Shown here one piece after another: positions 23,442 through 34,813 of a stretch of 36,446 nt of DNA (position 1 is its first letter; each line of letters begins with the position of its first letter). The position numbers and the translations under genes were made by a program. The stretch lies in NCBI GenBank assembly GCA_051941275.1, contig JAVEBF010000061.1, positions 1 to 36,446 of the forward strand, in the 5' to 3' direction. This DNA is from Dirinaria sp. TL-2023a. Its lineage: Eukaryota. The notes beneath the pieces were generated by a model. That model was not told where the DNA came from. It made no database searches and saw only the letters and a list, made by a program, of their open reading frames with translations.

Positions 23442-25311
23442 TCAAGCCTTGCGCGCCTGTTCCCTAGGAGAGATGACGATAGCGAGCCTATCGCCCTTGA
23501 TAGGATCCATGATTCCAAGTGTCGGTTTGGTCACATCCATTTTCGGAAAAGGCTGACTTGTATTCTGTAAACGCAGATCATATAGATGAATCACCGATGC
23601 CACATATGCCATGATCTCGCGCTTTGCAATGAATCGTCCTGAGCAGTACGTCGAACCGCCGCCGAAAGGTTTGAAGCTAGGACTGCGGCTAAGAATCTCA
23701 TTCTTCAGAGAGCGACTCGGGTCGAAAGTTCGAGTATTAGGCCCAAAGACAGCGTCTTCGAGATGAAGCTGGCGGTAAGGCATCAGTAGCTTGCCGTCTG
23801 GTTGCAGAGTCTTGCCGCCAATGACAATAGGAGCTTTGATCTCTCGTGCTGAAGAGTTGACGCTTGTGATGCGCAAGGTTTCGTGGAATGCAGCCTCGAG
23901 GAGCGGCGAGTGGCCTAGAAGGCTCTGCAGGTCGACCTTCCCCTCGGAAGAAACGCTAGAAGCTATCTCTTTCCGAACAGACTGCAAGAGATCGGGGTCG
24001 TAGATCATGTATGAAAGGAGCCAGAAACAGACTTTGAAAGGGTTTGCATTTGCACTGTCACAGGGAGTCAATGGGAGCGGTCAGAAAAGGGGAAGTCGGA
24101 CTATCGGACGGAAGAACTGACCCCCAGAAAAACATTTGCGCGGCTATCCCAATGTCCGCATCACTCATAACTGCTTGTCTTTGCTTCGCCTCGACTGTTC
24201 GAAGGTAATGACAGGCTTGCGATCTTTTTTCCAGAGAAAGCTGGAAATAATGGATGTAAGCTTTTTTAGCATTATCCTTGGTAGTGTGTATGTCTCTGGC
24301 GAAAAGCGGGGGCAATTGGAATGTCAACTTCCAGCTCTCTTGATCAAAGCCATAGAAATACTCCAGTAGCCGAGGCTCGAGTTGTAGAAGGCCATCCCCA
24401 TACAGAGCGTTCATCCCCGCGTGGCCTAGAATGTCGGCACACCAGTCGTACAGCATCACCTTTTTGCTCTCTTTGCCTTTCAGCGAGTAGGTTGGGGCTG
24501 GAATCTGGCTCCAGACAAGCTGCTGCTGGATTTGCTGCAGGTATTTGCCGGTGATATTGTCCAAGTGTGGCCCAGGATGTAACTGCTCGCGATGAACACC
24601 TTCTCCTAAATGGTACTGTTTAGCGTCGCCTGTGCTGGCATCGAGAGATTCAGTAGGAGACGTCTGCCACATGAGCCTTATTCCGTCTTTGGACATGCCA
24701 AATGTAGTGTACAAGTCTCGGATAAAGCCGTCGAAGGTAAGAGTGGTAATAGTCTTGTACACGGCGGCCATGTCCTTCGAGGACATGATGAAGTACAGCT
24801 TCTGACCGGCGATCGCAAGGATAAATGGCTCCCGAGTATTTCCACAATAGCGGCTGGTAGCTATTAGCAAGCTCTGCTGGGGATGAGCCTGTCTCAGCAG
24901 TAGACAGTGCAAGCAATCGCAGACACGAGCTTGACGTACCGAGCATAAGCCAAAGTGGCCTCGGAGTCTTTGAAAAAGTGCATCGCGTAGCCTATGGCAA
25001 AATGGAAAGTCAGATACACTTGGCTGAAGGGTACATGCCTCTACAACGGAATCGTCGGTTACCTATAACTGACTAGCAAGGTCAGCGTCACAAACCAATG
25101 GAGAGCTCAAGAGACATGATTTCTCGACAGATATCTTACAGGGAATCCAATATGGGAGCCTTTTAGGTTCGTCCGGTCTCAATGCCGCAAGGATCGTGAA
25201 TTTCCACAAACGCCAAAGTGCTAGCAGCCCAATAGCTGGGACGATGGCCACCAGCACGCGCAAGAGCACGGGATCAAGCCCACGAAGGGCTGCGGCAATG
25301 GCGACCAGCAT
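23442..25311 (-). CDS. Cytochrome P450, CYP7/CYP8-like fungal type (524 aa; exons 25311-25140, 25068-25063, 24991-24940, 24853-24122, 24054-23442)
   Basis: N-terminal membrane anchor, proline-rich hinge PKRLPYWIPFIG, I-helix FWGANANPFK, ExxR motif ETLR, FDPSR, and heme motif PFGGGSTYCSGRFIAKRE. All four introns are GT-AG and frame-consistent. Confidence 0.9.
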
Positions 25312-26422
25312 AGCGTGCAGAAGCTCCTGCCCGAAAGCCTCGGAACGGAAACGATAATGACGATAGTATTATGTCAAATGCCATATGAACATCGAAGAGC
25401 GAAGGTGCGAATGTAGGTTCGTGGGTGTTGCAAAAGATCAAGGATTCGAATTTTGGGTTGCTAGAACGAGCGGACGGGAGATGAGCAGAGCGAAATGCGG
25501 CTGGCTGGCGGAGGATCAGATTGTGCAGCAAGGAAGCAGGGGACTGCATATATAGATACTGGAGCTGCCGTCAGGGAACGTAGCAGCCATTCACATCCCC
25601 AGATCCAACCAGACTTGACACAGAACGCTGATTACAAGCCCTTCTGACTACTAGTTCAACACATCCATTCAGGATGCTCGAGACAATCAGGACAAGGAAA
25701 CCCGATCTTACATATCGAATGATGTCGTGATGTTAGACCTCCGTAATTAACACGAAGCAGGTAGCACTATGGTTATGGTCGATCTACCCGGCGGCTGAGA
25801 GCCACGCTGTGAGGACTTTTGTCGCCAGCGCTTATTTACCTTTGTCAGCACTTTTACTAGCTCAAAACTAATGCGGGTCAGGCATGAGGGTACGCCATTT
25901 CGTAGATTAGTATCTGCTCTCATCAGAGAAACGGGTCAAATAAAGCAAAACATCACGAAGATAGAATCAGCGTGTTTTTCATTTTTCGTATTCTTACGCT
26001 CTTCTTACGCTCGATGATGGATGCGTTTAGGTTGCTAAAAGATAGAGTCGCACGATAACGAAGGGAAGTCGAAGCTCCATGCGTGCAGTGTCGCAGATTT
26101 ACGAAAATGTTCGAGAAAACGCGCGTCGATCACGACCAACATGACTAAGATACCTTAGCACTTACTTGCAAGTGGCTGCGTCGATCATGCTTCTGTTGGC
26201 GCAAGGAAAGTTGCTGCGCAGCATGTTCCGCCTCGCATGCATCGATAGGGTTCTCGAATACTTTAACTGTCGAGAACTGAGTATCGATATGCAATTGTAC
26301 TTCGAAAGACGATCTTCGAGTATCGAGCTATTGCCATTTACTATAGAGTATGTCCTAGAACACTTTCACAAGATAAATCACAGTCTCCTTGCGCTACCAA
26401 GAGAAAAGATGGAAGCAAACCT

Positions 26423-28129
26423 TCAATTTTTCACAGCTTTGACATTGAACGGATTAGGGGTGAACGTCCCCTGAGGATCAGCTAGGTATCGTTGCTTCCC
26501 GATACGCTCGTACTTCGCTTGGTCCTCGTAATAGAATGGCCAGCTCTTGTCCATATCCCAATCGCCGTACGAGCCCCAGAGCACACGCTTATCCTGCTTA
26601 CTGAAAGGACTGTCCTCTCCGTTCATGAGCTTGTCGTTGACAGCTTGCCAGTCATTCGCAAGCTTTTTGCCTTTCTCGCCCTCCTGGTAGAAGCAGTCCA
26701 TGGTCTGGCAAATCGTCGAGTCTCGCCAGCTGTAGGCCGTGCCATTGTCGCGGTTGACATAAAATTGAGAATGATTACCGCCAAAGTTTTGAATCTGGAC
26801 GGAGAGGAAGCAATTCTCCCACAATGCGAGGTTGGTCAATGACGGAGCCAAGACCTGATGGATTCGATCCGCGACTTGGTCGGCCCATTTGTCCTGCACC
26901 AGCGTCGTCGAATTGGTCAAGTAGGTGCGCTTCTCGTAAGGATGGTCGAACTCGCGCGGTCTCGTGAAAAGCCACTCGCCTGTCATCTTGGACATGGGCT
27001 CAACAGGCTCCGCGGTATGTATACACCAGTATTTGAGGAAATGGTCAAGGTTGCGGAATCTTTGAAACCATGCATCCACCTTGTCGGTATACTTGTCGTC
27101 TGCATTCATCGGAACCCACTGCGCATATAGGACGATTGATGCGGGCCATTTGGTGTCACCGTTCACACCCACTGCATCGGCAATGCGCTTGAGAATTTCC
27201 CCCAGATTTTCTTTCAATTCGGGCATCAAGTGGAACATGGGGAAGGAGGAACTGAGTACACTGACGCACAAATCAAAATTTCGGGGAAATTCTGGATCGT
27301 CGGCCATCTCCGCCACTTCGTTGAGAAGCGATTTCACCACCTTTTCGCTGTAAAGCCAGATTCCTTTGAAGCCATGCGGCCTGGCATTGGCTTCCGGGAA
27401 GTCATGATCCGCATCACGGTGAACCTCGATGGTGTAATGGGTGATGACGCCGAAGTTACCAGGACTGCCCCCCAAGATGGCATAGAATAGGTCTGGATTG
27501 GACTTTTTGGTGACCTCTTGGATTTCGCCGTCGTGGTTGATCATTCTGATGCCCCAGATATGGTCTCCCAGCAGGCCGAAGCTGCGGCCGAGTTGGCCGT
27601 ATCCGCCTGTTTGGCCATGTCCGCCGATTCGTACATCGGTGCACTGTCCGTGAGGCACAAAAAATTGGTGGTCTCGAAGAAACTGGTTGAATTCGCCAAG
27701 GCTATGGCTCACACTGACGTAAACGAGAGGCCTGTTATTGTCTGGAGGTGGCAGTTCTGGTAGAACTACGAGATCTTGCGGGCCTCTGTATGTGTATTTG
27801 AGTTTGAGCTGAATGCCCTTTCCGTGCGTAGAGCAGGCGCCACTGTATTGGTGGCCACCGCTCATGATCGAGACTGGGTAGCCATTATCCTTTGCGTACT
27901 TGATCGCTCTCTGGATATCATCGTCGTTTTGAGGAATCGCGATCAGGCCTGGGAACATGTCATGGTCGATCTGGTGGCTGGATGTCGCATATTCCACATT
28001 ATTGGCATCGTATTGTTTTCTTGGAATGGGGTCCGTGGTAAAAGGATACTGAAGTCCTTTGAAGTCCTGAATTGTCTCCATTATTTGGTGGTGTGAAGCT
28101 GGGAGAGGTGCTGATCCGTTTGTCGGCAT
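26423..28129 (-). CDS. FAD-binding PCMH / berberine-bridge-enzyme-like oxidoreductase (568 aa, intronless)
   Basis: SGGHQYSG (covalent-FAD His), PHGQCTDVRIGGHGQTGGYG (second covalent Cys), DLFYAILGGSPGNFGVIT, and C-terminal YY..KYERI....YLADPQGTF. Confidence 0.9.
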   Translation of the reverse strand: MPTNGSAPLPASHHQIMETIQDFKGLQYPFTTDPIPRKQYDANNVEYATSSHQIDHDMFPGLIAIPQNDDDIQRAIKYAKDNGYPVSIMSGGHQYSGACSTHGKGIQLKLKYTYRGPQDLVVLPELPPPDNNRPLVYVSVSHSLGEFNQFLRDHQFFVPHGQCTDVRIGGHGQTGGYGQLGRSFGLLGDHIWGIRMINHDGEIQEVTKKSNPDLFYAILGGSPGNFGVITHYTIEVHRDADHDFPEANARPHGFKGIWLYSEKVVKSLLNEVAEMADDPEFPRNFDLCVSVLSSSFPMFHLMPELKENLGEILKRIADAVGVNGDTKWPASIVLYAQWVPMNADDKYTDKVDAWFQRFRNLDHFLKYWCIHTAEPVEPMSKMTGEWLFTRPREFDHPYEKRTYLTNSTTLVQDKWADQVADRIHQVLAPSLTNLALWENCFLSVQIQNFGGNHSQFYVNRDNGTAYSWRDSTICQTMDCFYQEGEKGKKLANDWQAVNDKLMNGEDSPFSKQDKRVLWGSYGDWDMDKSWPFYYEDQAKYERIGKQRYLADPQGTFTPNPFNVKAVKN

Positions 28130-28847
28130 CAGATAGGGTATGCGACATGATCGCGACTATATATGCGTTCATCCCGTTCGATGTCGCATGCTCAATGAGA
28201 CTACAGACGGTCAGCCCATGCATTACAAGCCACGATTTTTTCACGCATGCTCGACAAAGGAGAGCTTTGGAAGATCAGGGGCACGTCAAAGTCGACGGAG
28301 CCACCGATTGGCCGCAGGAGGCTTAGCTAAGCCCCAGCTGAAGGCAGTTTTGCCGGAGCTGAGCAGCGCCACGTCGCCTACTTCAGCTGAGTCTGGAGAA
28401 GGTTGCATGTAGCAATTCTCGTTGGCTGATTCGCGAATCGCGATTCGCAAGGCCAAATGAAAGATGACTATTCGCCCTGTCACTCCATGAAAGGTGTGAT
28501 GCATTCGGGGAATACGAGCACGGCACGAGCCGACAAGACCAAGTACCATAAGATATCGATTGCCAATCGAGTGGCAGCTTCGAAACATCACACAGCCCAT
28601 CACGTCGTAGCGCCTCAAACACGCATGTCAGAGACAATATGATATAATGATATACTGTATAGGAGATTCTCTAGCCTGGCCTTTGACTGTCGCTGGGAGT
28701 TCAATGCTCGACGAATTGACGTCAGTGATACGTCCGAATCGAGTTCTCGACGAGTGCGGAATTGATCGGAGACGGAGATGCCCATTGGTTTCTCTTCGTA
28801 CCTACAGTAGCGTCGAGCGTGTTCGCCGGGACAGCAATTTGGTTCTC

Positions 28848-28890
28848 TTGGCGTGTTTGACGTGTTTGGCTTGTTTGGCTTGTTTGATGT
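28848..28890. repeat. Imperfect 9-nt minisatellite (~4.5 copies of TTGGC[G/T]TGT)
   Basis: ttggcgtgt ttgacgtgt ttggcttgt ttggcttgt ttgatgt. Confidence 0.75.
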
Positions 28891-30607
28891 GAGGACGAAG
28901 GCTTGGCGAGTTCTCGCCCATTGGAATCATCGATGGGCATCGACGATCGGCGGAATCCGTATCAAGAATTATGTACATGATGTCTCTGGCGGAACCACTG
29001 CCACACGAATTGGGACAGTCTTTGCGGTTCGAGTGAACTGGACAGTTTCGATTCGCCAACACGTACGTACGGGTAGTGTGCGAAGACGGCAGCTGTAAGC
29101 ACCTTGGTCAGCTGACTGCATATACGCGGTCTGACATACGGAGGCCCCTAATGTACCTCAATGTAACTTCACCTGTTCGCCCCACCAGATAGCATTCCGT
29201 GGCTGCAGGTCCTGGCATCTAGACCCTCAAGCTCGACCGTATTCGCTCTCACCCGCCGAGTCTCGTCTTTGTTGTCGTTGCCTCTGCCGCTCTTTGCAGT
29301 ATGCGCAAGGCTCTCGAAGTCATCCTCCTACTTCCACTCGAATTGAGTAGTCGGGTGGTAGCACGCTCATCACCATCCGAGGGCCGAATGTAGATAGGAC
29401 GAACCAAGGGACAAGTCGAATACTGTGGAGCGAAACAAATTGGACTATCGAAACGGGCGGACGGTAAGACTGGCATGAATGACATGAGGTGCTAAAACAG
29501 CACATGTTCCCATTGTTCTGGAGTTCAATCTCTGTACCTCGAGTTTGAGCTTCATCTACGCCCCCAATCATAACCCTTGTCGCCCGTCACTTGTCAAGAC
29601 TACGTCATTTGAGGCTCCAACTTTGTCTAGTACAAGAGCTGATCCTGTGCGCGGTATTTCAGCAGCACGTTTATTTTCATGCAGGTTAGAATTTTTACAA
29701 GAGGCTCTGGATAGCTCTGATAACAAAGTGGCCTATTGGGGGAGTCTGGGTATATTGGACCAGAAGTACCCTTGCGAATGATTGGCAATAAGGTAGGGTT
29801 GGTGATGTTGAAGGTATCAGACATAGGGATGTCGAAGCATGCTCTCAATGACAACATGATGTCGCACGAGGGATTGACTTGTTTGCTTCGTGCCGAATTG
29901 GTTTCAACACCAATTGACCTCATAGCATTCACTTCATCGCCGCCGAATGTCTGAAGCTAAATTAGTTGATCTATTACACTTGGTGACCTAATTTGAGTCG
30001 CACGCCGTCTATTATTGATACTCCCATGTGTAGAGGTTTTTGGTGTTTACCTACTTACCGTATGTGCGGAGGTCTATACCCCGATTGGGCCTAGCGCTCT
30101 CTCTGCCGGGTATGCCCTACACCGTATGCCGCTCACTTTCCAACATGATTGACGAAAATTCCAACCTTCTCAGACCAAAAGTGATAGGGTGGGGTAAGAG
30201 GATTTCTCAGCAGGGTGCAAGAGAGAGATGATGCTTCACTACTCCGTTGCTAATGAATCTTTCACTGTGAATCTCATTGTAATCACATGTCAACTCCCCT
30301 GTTCATCATTTGATCCGGAACCCTGCCACCCCCTCCTTTTCCTGATGCTACAAAATCGATTGATTTTGCTCTAGTCACACTTTCACAAGCCACGAACTTC
30401 AATTTCCAAACAAAACAAGATCACAACGTTCTCTCAAAACTTCTGAGAATCCGATTCTAGCGGTCGCTACCGCCACAACCTGCGCATGTCAACACAGAAC
30501 TACAGATAACAAGGTCATATCCACATGGTCAACCATCCGCAATACTAATCAATCCTCTCGAAGCTCTCGTACTGAGCAGACGCTGTCGGATACAGCAACG
30601 GTACACG

Positions 30608-33533
30608 ATGAATTTCTCATTTGTACTCGAAAATGTAGAAAGGGACCTTCGGATAAAAGCAGCTCACGCCACAAACAGAACAGGGCCTTTCCAGGTCTAT
30701 CAGCTACCATGTGACTGCAAGGTTTGTTCAATGCAATTACGAACCGTCTCTGAACAGCAGCATGAGGTCGGGCTTCAATACACTGGCCATCTGAATGACT
30801 TAGAAGCGATGTCCTCGGCTCGCAAATTCGTTCAGTGCCTCATCTCGGATCTTGAGTTTCTCCAATTGGCTTGGAATTTGCAGGGAGATTTGATCCAGAG
30901 ACACTGGTTGAATAAATCTAACACCAAGCGAAAAGCGATACTAAAGAGACTGAGACCTCATATGGCCGACAGTCATGACGCATTCGATGGGGTTCAGATG
31001 CTTGATCAAGTTCAATACTGGACCTGGACATTTCGAGAGACTTTATTAATTCCCTACCTGACGGTCGAGAACCTTTCCAAAGATGGTGCTAGATTGCTTC
31101 GCCTCCTCTTTTATCGTAGCTTTCATCTTCCGGAAGAATGGGTTTCTTTCGATAATCGTCAATTACTAGAAGGCTGGCGCACAGGCATGTTTGATGAGAA
31201 GTTCAACGGTGGACGCATCACAATGCATGGTGAATCGTACGGAACCTGGAATCCATTCGATAAAGCAGCTGGTAAGCAACCACATACTGCATGCCAATGG
31301 ACTAGCCATCAGGACTAAAATGAGCCTTTTCTTTGCAGTGCACAATGGAGACTGTTACACTGCACCAAGAGCTCTGCTGATTCTCGACGCACAAGCGACC
31401 CTGGTGAGCTTCTTACGGGACTTCGTTGTGTTAGTTTGTACGAGCCTGGACGAATTGACCATTGAAGAAACCTCAGGAAAGCTTGCGCTTATGTCCGTGA
31501 AGACTGAGAGTTCTACACAATCTCAAGACTCTCCTTGGTTGCATTTTGGTATGAACTATTACAACCTGTGTAACATCCGATGTTCCTGTCTGCTACCATA
31601 GCAGACATATTAGACTCACTTGAATCAGCACCGTCTTTGCTAAATGTCGAGTATTTTAGGAACCATTTTGTCGTCCTCCGGTTTTTGACGATCGTACAAT
31701 CGATCAACTATTAGAAATTGTATGTCAGAAGCAGGAGGAAGCTAAAGACAGCATGTGGCTTCTTCAAACGGATCCGGCTTATTTCTACGAATTCGCTACT
31801 CATTGGAATGAGTATAACTACAACGCTCTGCCCGGCGCCAAGGCAACCAAGGACGCTAAAATTCATGCACTGGGAGGCCGCCTGGTAATTTACTCGGTCA
31901 CCCAAGTGCAAGACTGGGAATCACTGGAAGATGAGCTGCGCCATGTGCGAGCAGAGTTTGAGACACATCGTGAAGCCATCAGTGTTGGCCAGGGTCTTCC
32001 TAAGACCTATGACCAAGCTCTAGGCTACTTAGAAACGCTCGTCCATGGAGTCCTGATCCATAAGTCGATTCATCTGAAAGAATTATGTCATGTATCGCCA
32101 GCTTGGAAGTCGTGGTGGACAGTCGAGGAGCAATTTGGTGCCGACAAATTCATCTTGGCCCCCAAACCCGACATAGTCGGCACTGAGGATCTCCTCTTAT
32201 TGCGCCTAGGGGCACTTTGTACCATTGGCGAGCGGCCTAAGTCTGCAGAGTAAGCAGGAATTACCCATTGGGTCAGGCCAACAATAATGTGTCGCATGAC
32301 TGATTGTATTTTATACATAGATCCTGGCTGGATGTTGCCGCAGTTCTAAAGTCGCTAGATCAGTATCTCGCCAAATGTAGCAAGACTGAAGCTGCCAAGA
32401 TCGATGCGATCACTTATAGCAGAATTACTGACATGGCGGCTATCTATCGCATTATGGCCGCCATACAGATGCATAGGCCTACACCTTCTGTCTCAATCGA
32501 TTCTCTTGACCAGATTCCAGCAACGCATGATTTCCGCGGATGGCGACTACGGCGTGTCGGCGCAGAGAAGAGCATCATTACCAATGACCCACGGCAATTT
32601 CGTTTCGGTAACGCGCTCAGCAATCTTGAGAAGTTCCGCATGCCGACGGGAAAGAGGACCCAAGAATGGTTGGATCAGGCCGACCGCGCGGTAAGCGTCT
32701 TCAACTCCATTGCTGTTCCAAGACTATTTGGATTCCCAATGTGCTCAGGCTGACGACAAGAATTTCAATAGCGCAAATCACTCTCGAGCTTTTGGTCCAG
32801 GGCCAGAGAGAACTACAAAAAAACATACCGTGCTCTCGACATCGACCGTGAAAACACGGAAGCTATAGTCCAATTGCTGTCCTACCACGACTCTCATGAA
32901 GTTCGAGCTATGGTTGCCAAGGAGAGGCAAGAGATAACGATGGAGATAGCCCGACATCCTAAGCCTCCATCGCAATACCAGTCCAGCATTCCGCATCTCC
33001 CTGCCTCAAAAGATAAGCCCGACAAAGTACCAATCGCCGCCCTAGAAGCGAAAGCGAAACTCAAAATGCGGCCATCTGATCACGCTGCCAATGCCGAGTC
33101 GCAAAAGCCTCCGAGGCTGGAGCCTATAGCTCCATTCGAGCTGCTTCACCCAGGGCAGCGTCTCCCCTTGCCCAAGAAAATGAGGTCGCTCGACACCCTC
33201 CGCCTGTTGTTCCCTTCTGCGACATCAGACCTCCAAAGCACAATTCAGTGGACAGACTTTGTTGGGACTATGAGTGAATTAGGTTTCCACGGGGAGCACC
33301 GTGGCGGTTCGGAGTGGACCATTCAATCCATGGGGGTTTGCCAGAGCCCCGTTGCAGAATCGAGCAAACAGAACTCAGAACAAACTGAGCAAGAGAAGGT
33401 GCACAACAAGAGGAGTATTGTTATCCATCAGCCGCATCCCGTTCAGAAGATGGGCACTCTACGCTTGCAGCAGATTGGTAAAAGGTTGTGGAGAAGGTTC
33501 GTGTGGCAGAGGGAGTCTTTCCAAGGGCTGTAA
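30608..33533 (+). CDS. Large fungal protein with C-terminal HicA-like domain (~870 aa if repaired); possibly disrupted at 31567-31660
   Basis: Introns 31272-31338, 32250-32320 and 32691-32771 are frame-preserving and link five ORFs of the track. Family-like motifs include CDCKVC, LLIPYLTVENL, PEEWVSFD and MWLLQTDPAYF, with C-terminal WTDFVGTMSELGF..GGSEW..SIVIHQPHP. No clean in-frame intron bridges 31566-31661. The start codon is uncertain. Confidence 0.7.
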
Positions 33534-34813
33534 TGCGAATCAAGAAGCAGAAAACATGGTAGAATGCTGATATACCTCTGCGATTTTAGTCGAATTTTCC
33601 TAACCTGGCCTATCGGCAGGCCACCCTTCTCGTCTTGAGCATCCAGACCATATCAACTCCAAGGAGAAAGCCGTCGCGCACCGAAACCACCTCGTCGCCG
33701 CCTAAAGAAGCTCGCGCGAGAAGTCGCCTGAATCCGTTCGCACATTATTTCGCGTTGACTGCTCAGATACAGATATAGTTCCGAATCCCGCGACATCTTA
33801 TGCAGCTCACGCAAATTTCCCTTAATTGCCTTGATAATCATCTCGAAGGATTCGACCCTGCTCTGATTTAAATGAGCAACGGGATGTCTACCCGCTGCGT
33901 GTGACCTTGTAAATGTTTCCCGCATTTGCATTTGCGTGATTGACTCCCACGCGGCGGCTATACGGCAGCCACTTCGATTGGCGCGCTACTCGCAAATCTC
34001 CACGGCTGATCCCGACAGGAATTCACGATATTCCTTCGACGGTCTGGAAGCCAATCTAATAATCTCCACGATTCATTTACGGTTGTCATAGAAATACCAG
34101 CAATGGTGTCCCAACTCTGAAACTATTGGTCAATGATCCTATATGTTCTTAGTCTGGCATTGAGTGTCACAGATTTCCCCGGATTCATGGCAGTCGGCGA
34201 CGTCCTTACTCAAAAGTGTGCTGAATACCTATGCTGGAACAACGTAGAACTCTAGGTGCGTTGGCGCACACACACTGGCTATACATTCAATGCCCGGAGA
34301 ATAATGCGCATGTCGGTTGCACAAGACCAACCTCTCTGCCCCAGAACACGCTTTCTTACTGCAATACCTTAATCTCTTTCTCTGGCTACTTATATCTGAC
34401 ATTATCATTGTTGCCAGACTTGGCCTTCTTAATTTCCCACCACCATTATTACGTGACGTCCCGCGCTGGTGCCGTGGGCTTTAATGATGTCCATGATCGA
34501 CCTCCAGTCGTTGGTTCTATTGATCCGCTTTGATCTCTCAGCCGCGTCGCCTATACTTTAATCAAACATTCAAACGTATATCAGAGCATCAAACGGTTAG
34601 CTTCTTAGAACACGTGCTTCTCCGCCATATGGAGGGGTCTCGCGATGCCTTCTTATATGGTAGGCATTTCCGGCATTTGCCTTCCTTATTGTAGGGTTTG
34701 TCCGTGAGAAAGAGTCATAGACACGCCGAGTGCCTCATGAACGCCTATCTTTGGCGAGGACTTTAATGCCATCAGGTATTTTGAAGAGTCAACATCAACA
34801 ATAGCGGCCCGGC

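Noticed and set aside
26492..28096. Chain of plus-strand ORFs over the FAD oxidase (likewise antisense ORFs over the NLR, CipA-like gene and P450)
   Set aside because: Antisense shadows of genuine coding sequence.
29249..30231. Short ORFs such as 29627-29932 (-)
   Set aside because: No recognisable domain; cannot be told apart from chance ORFs without a search.
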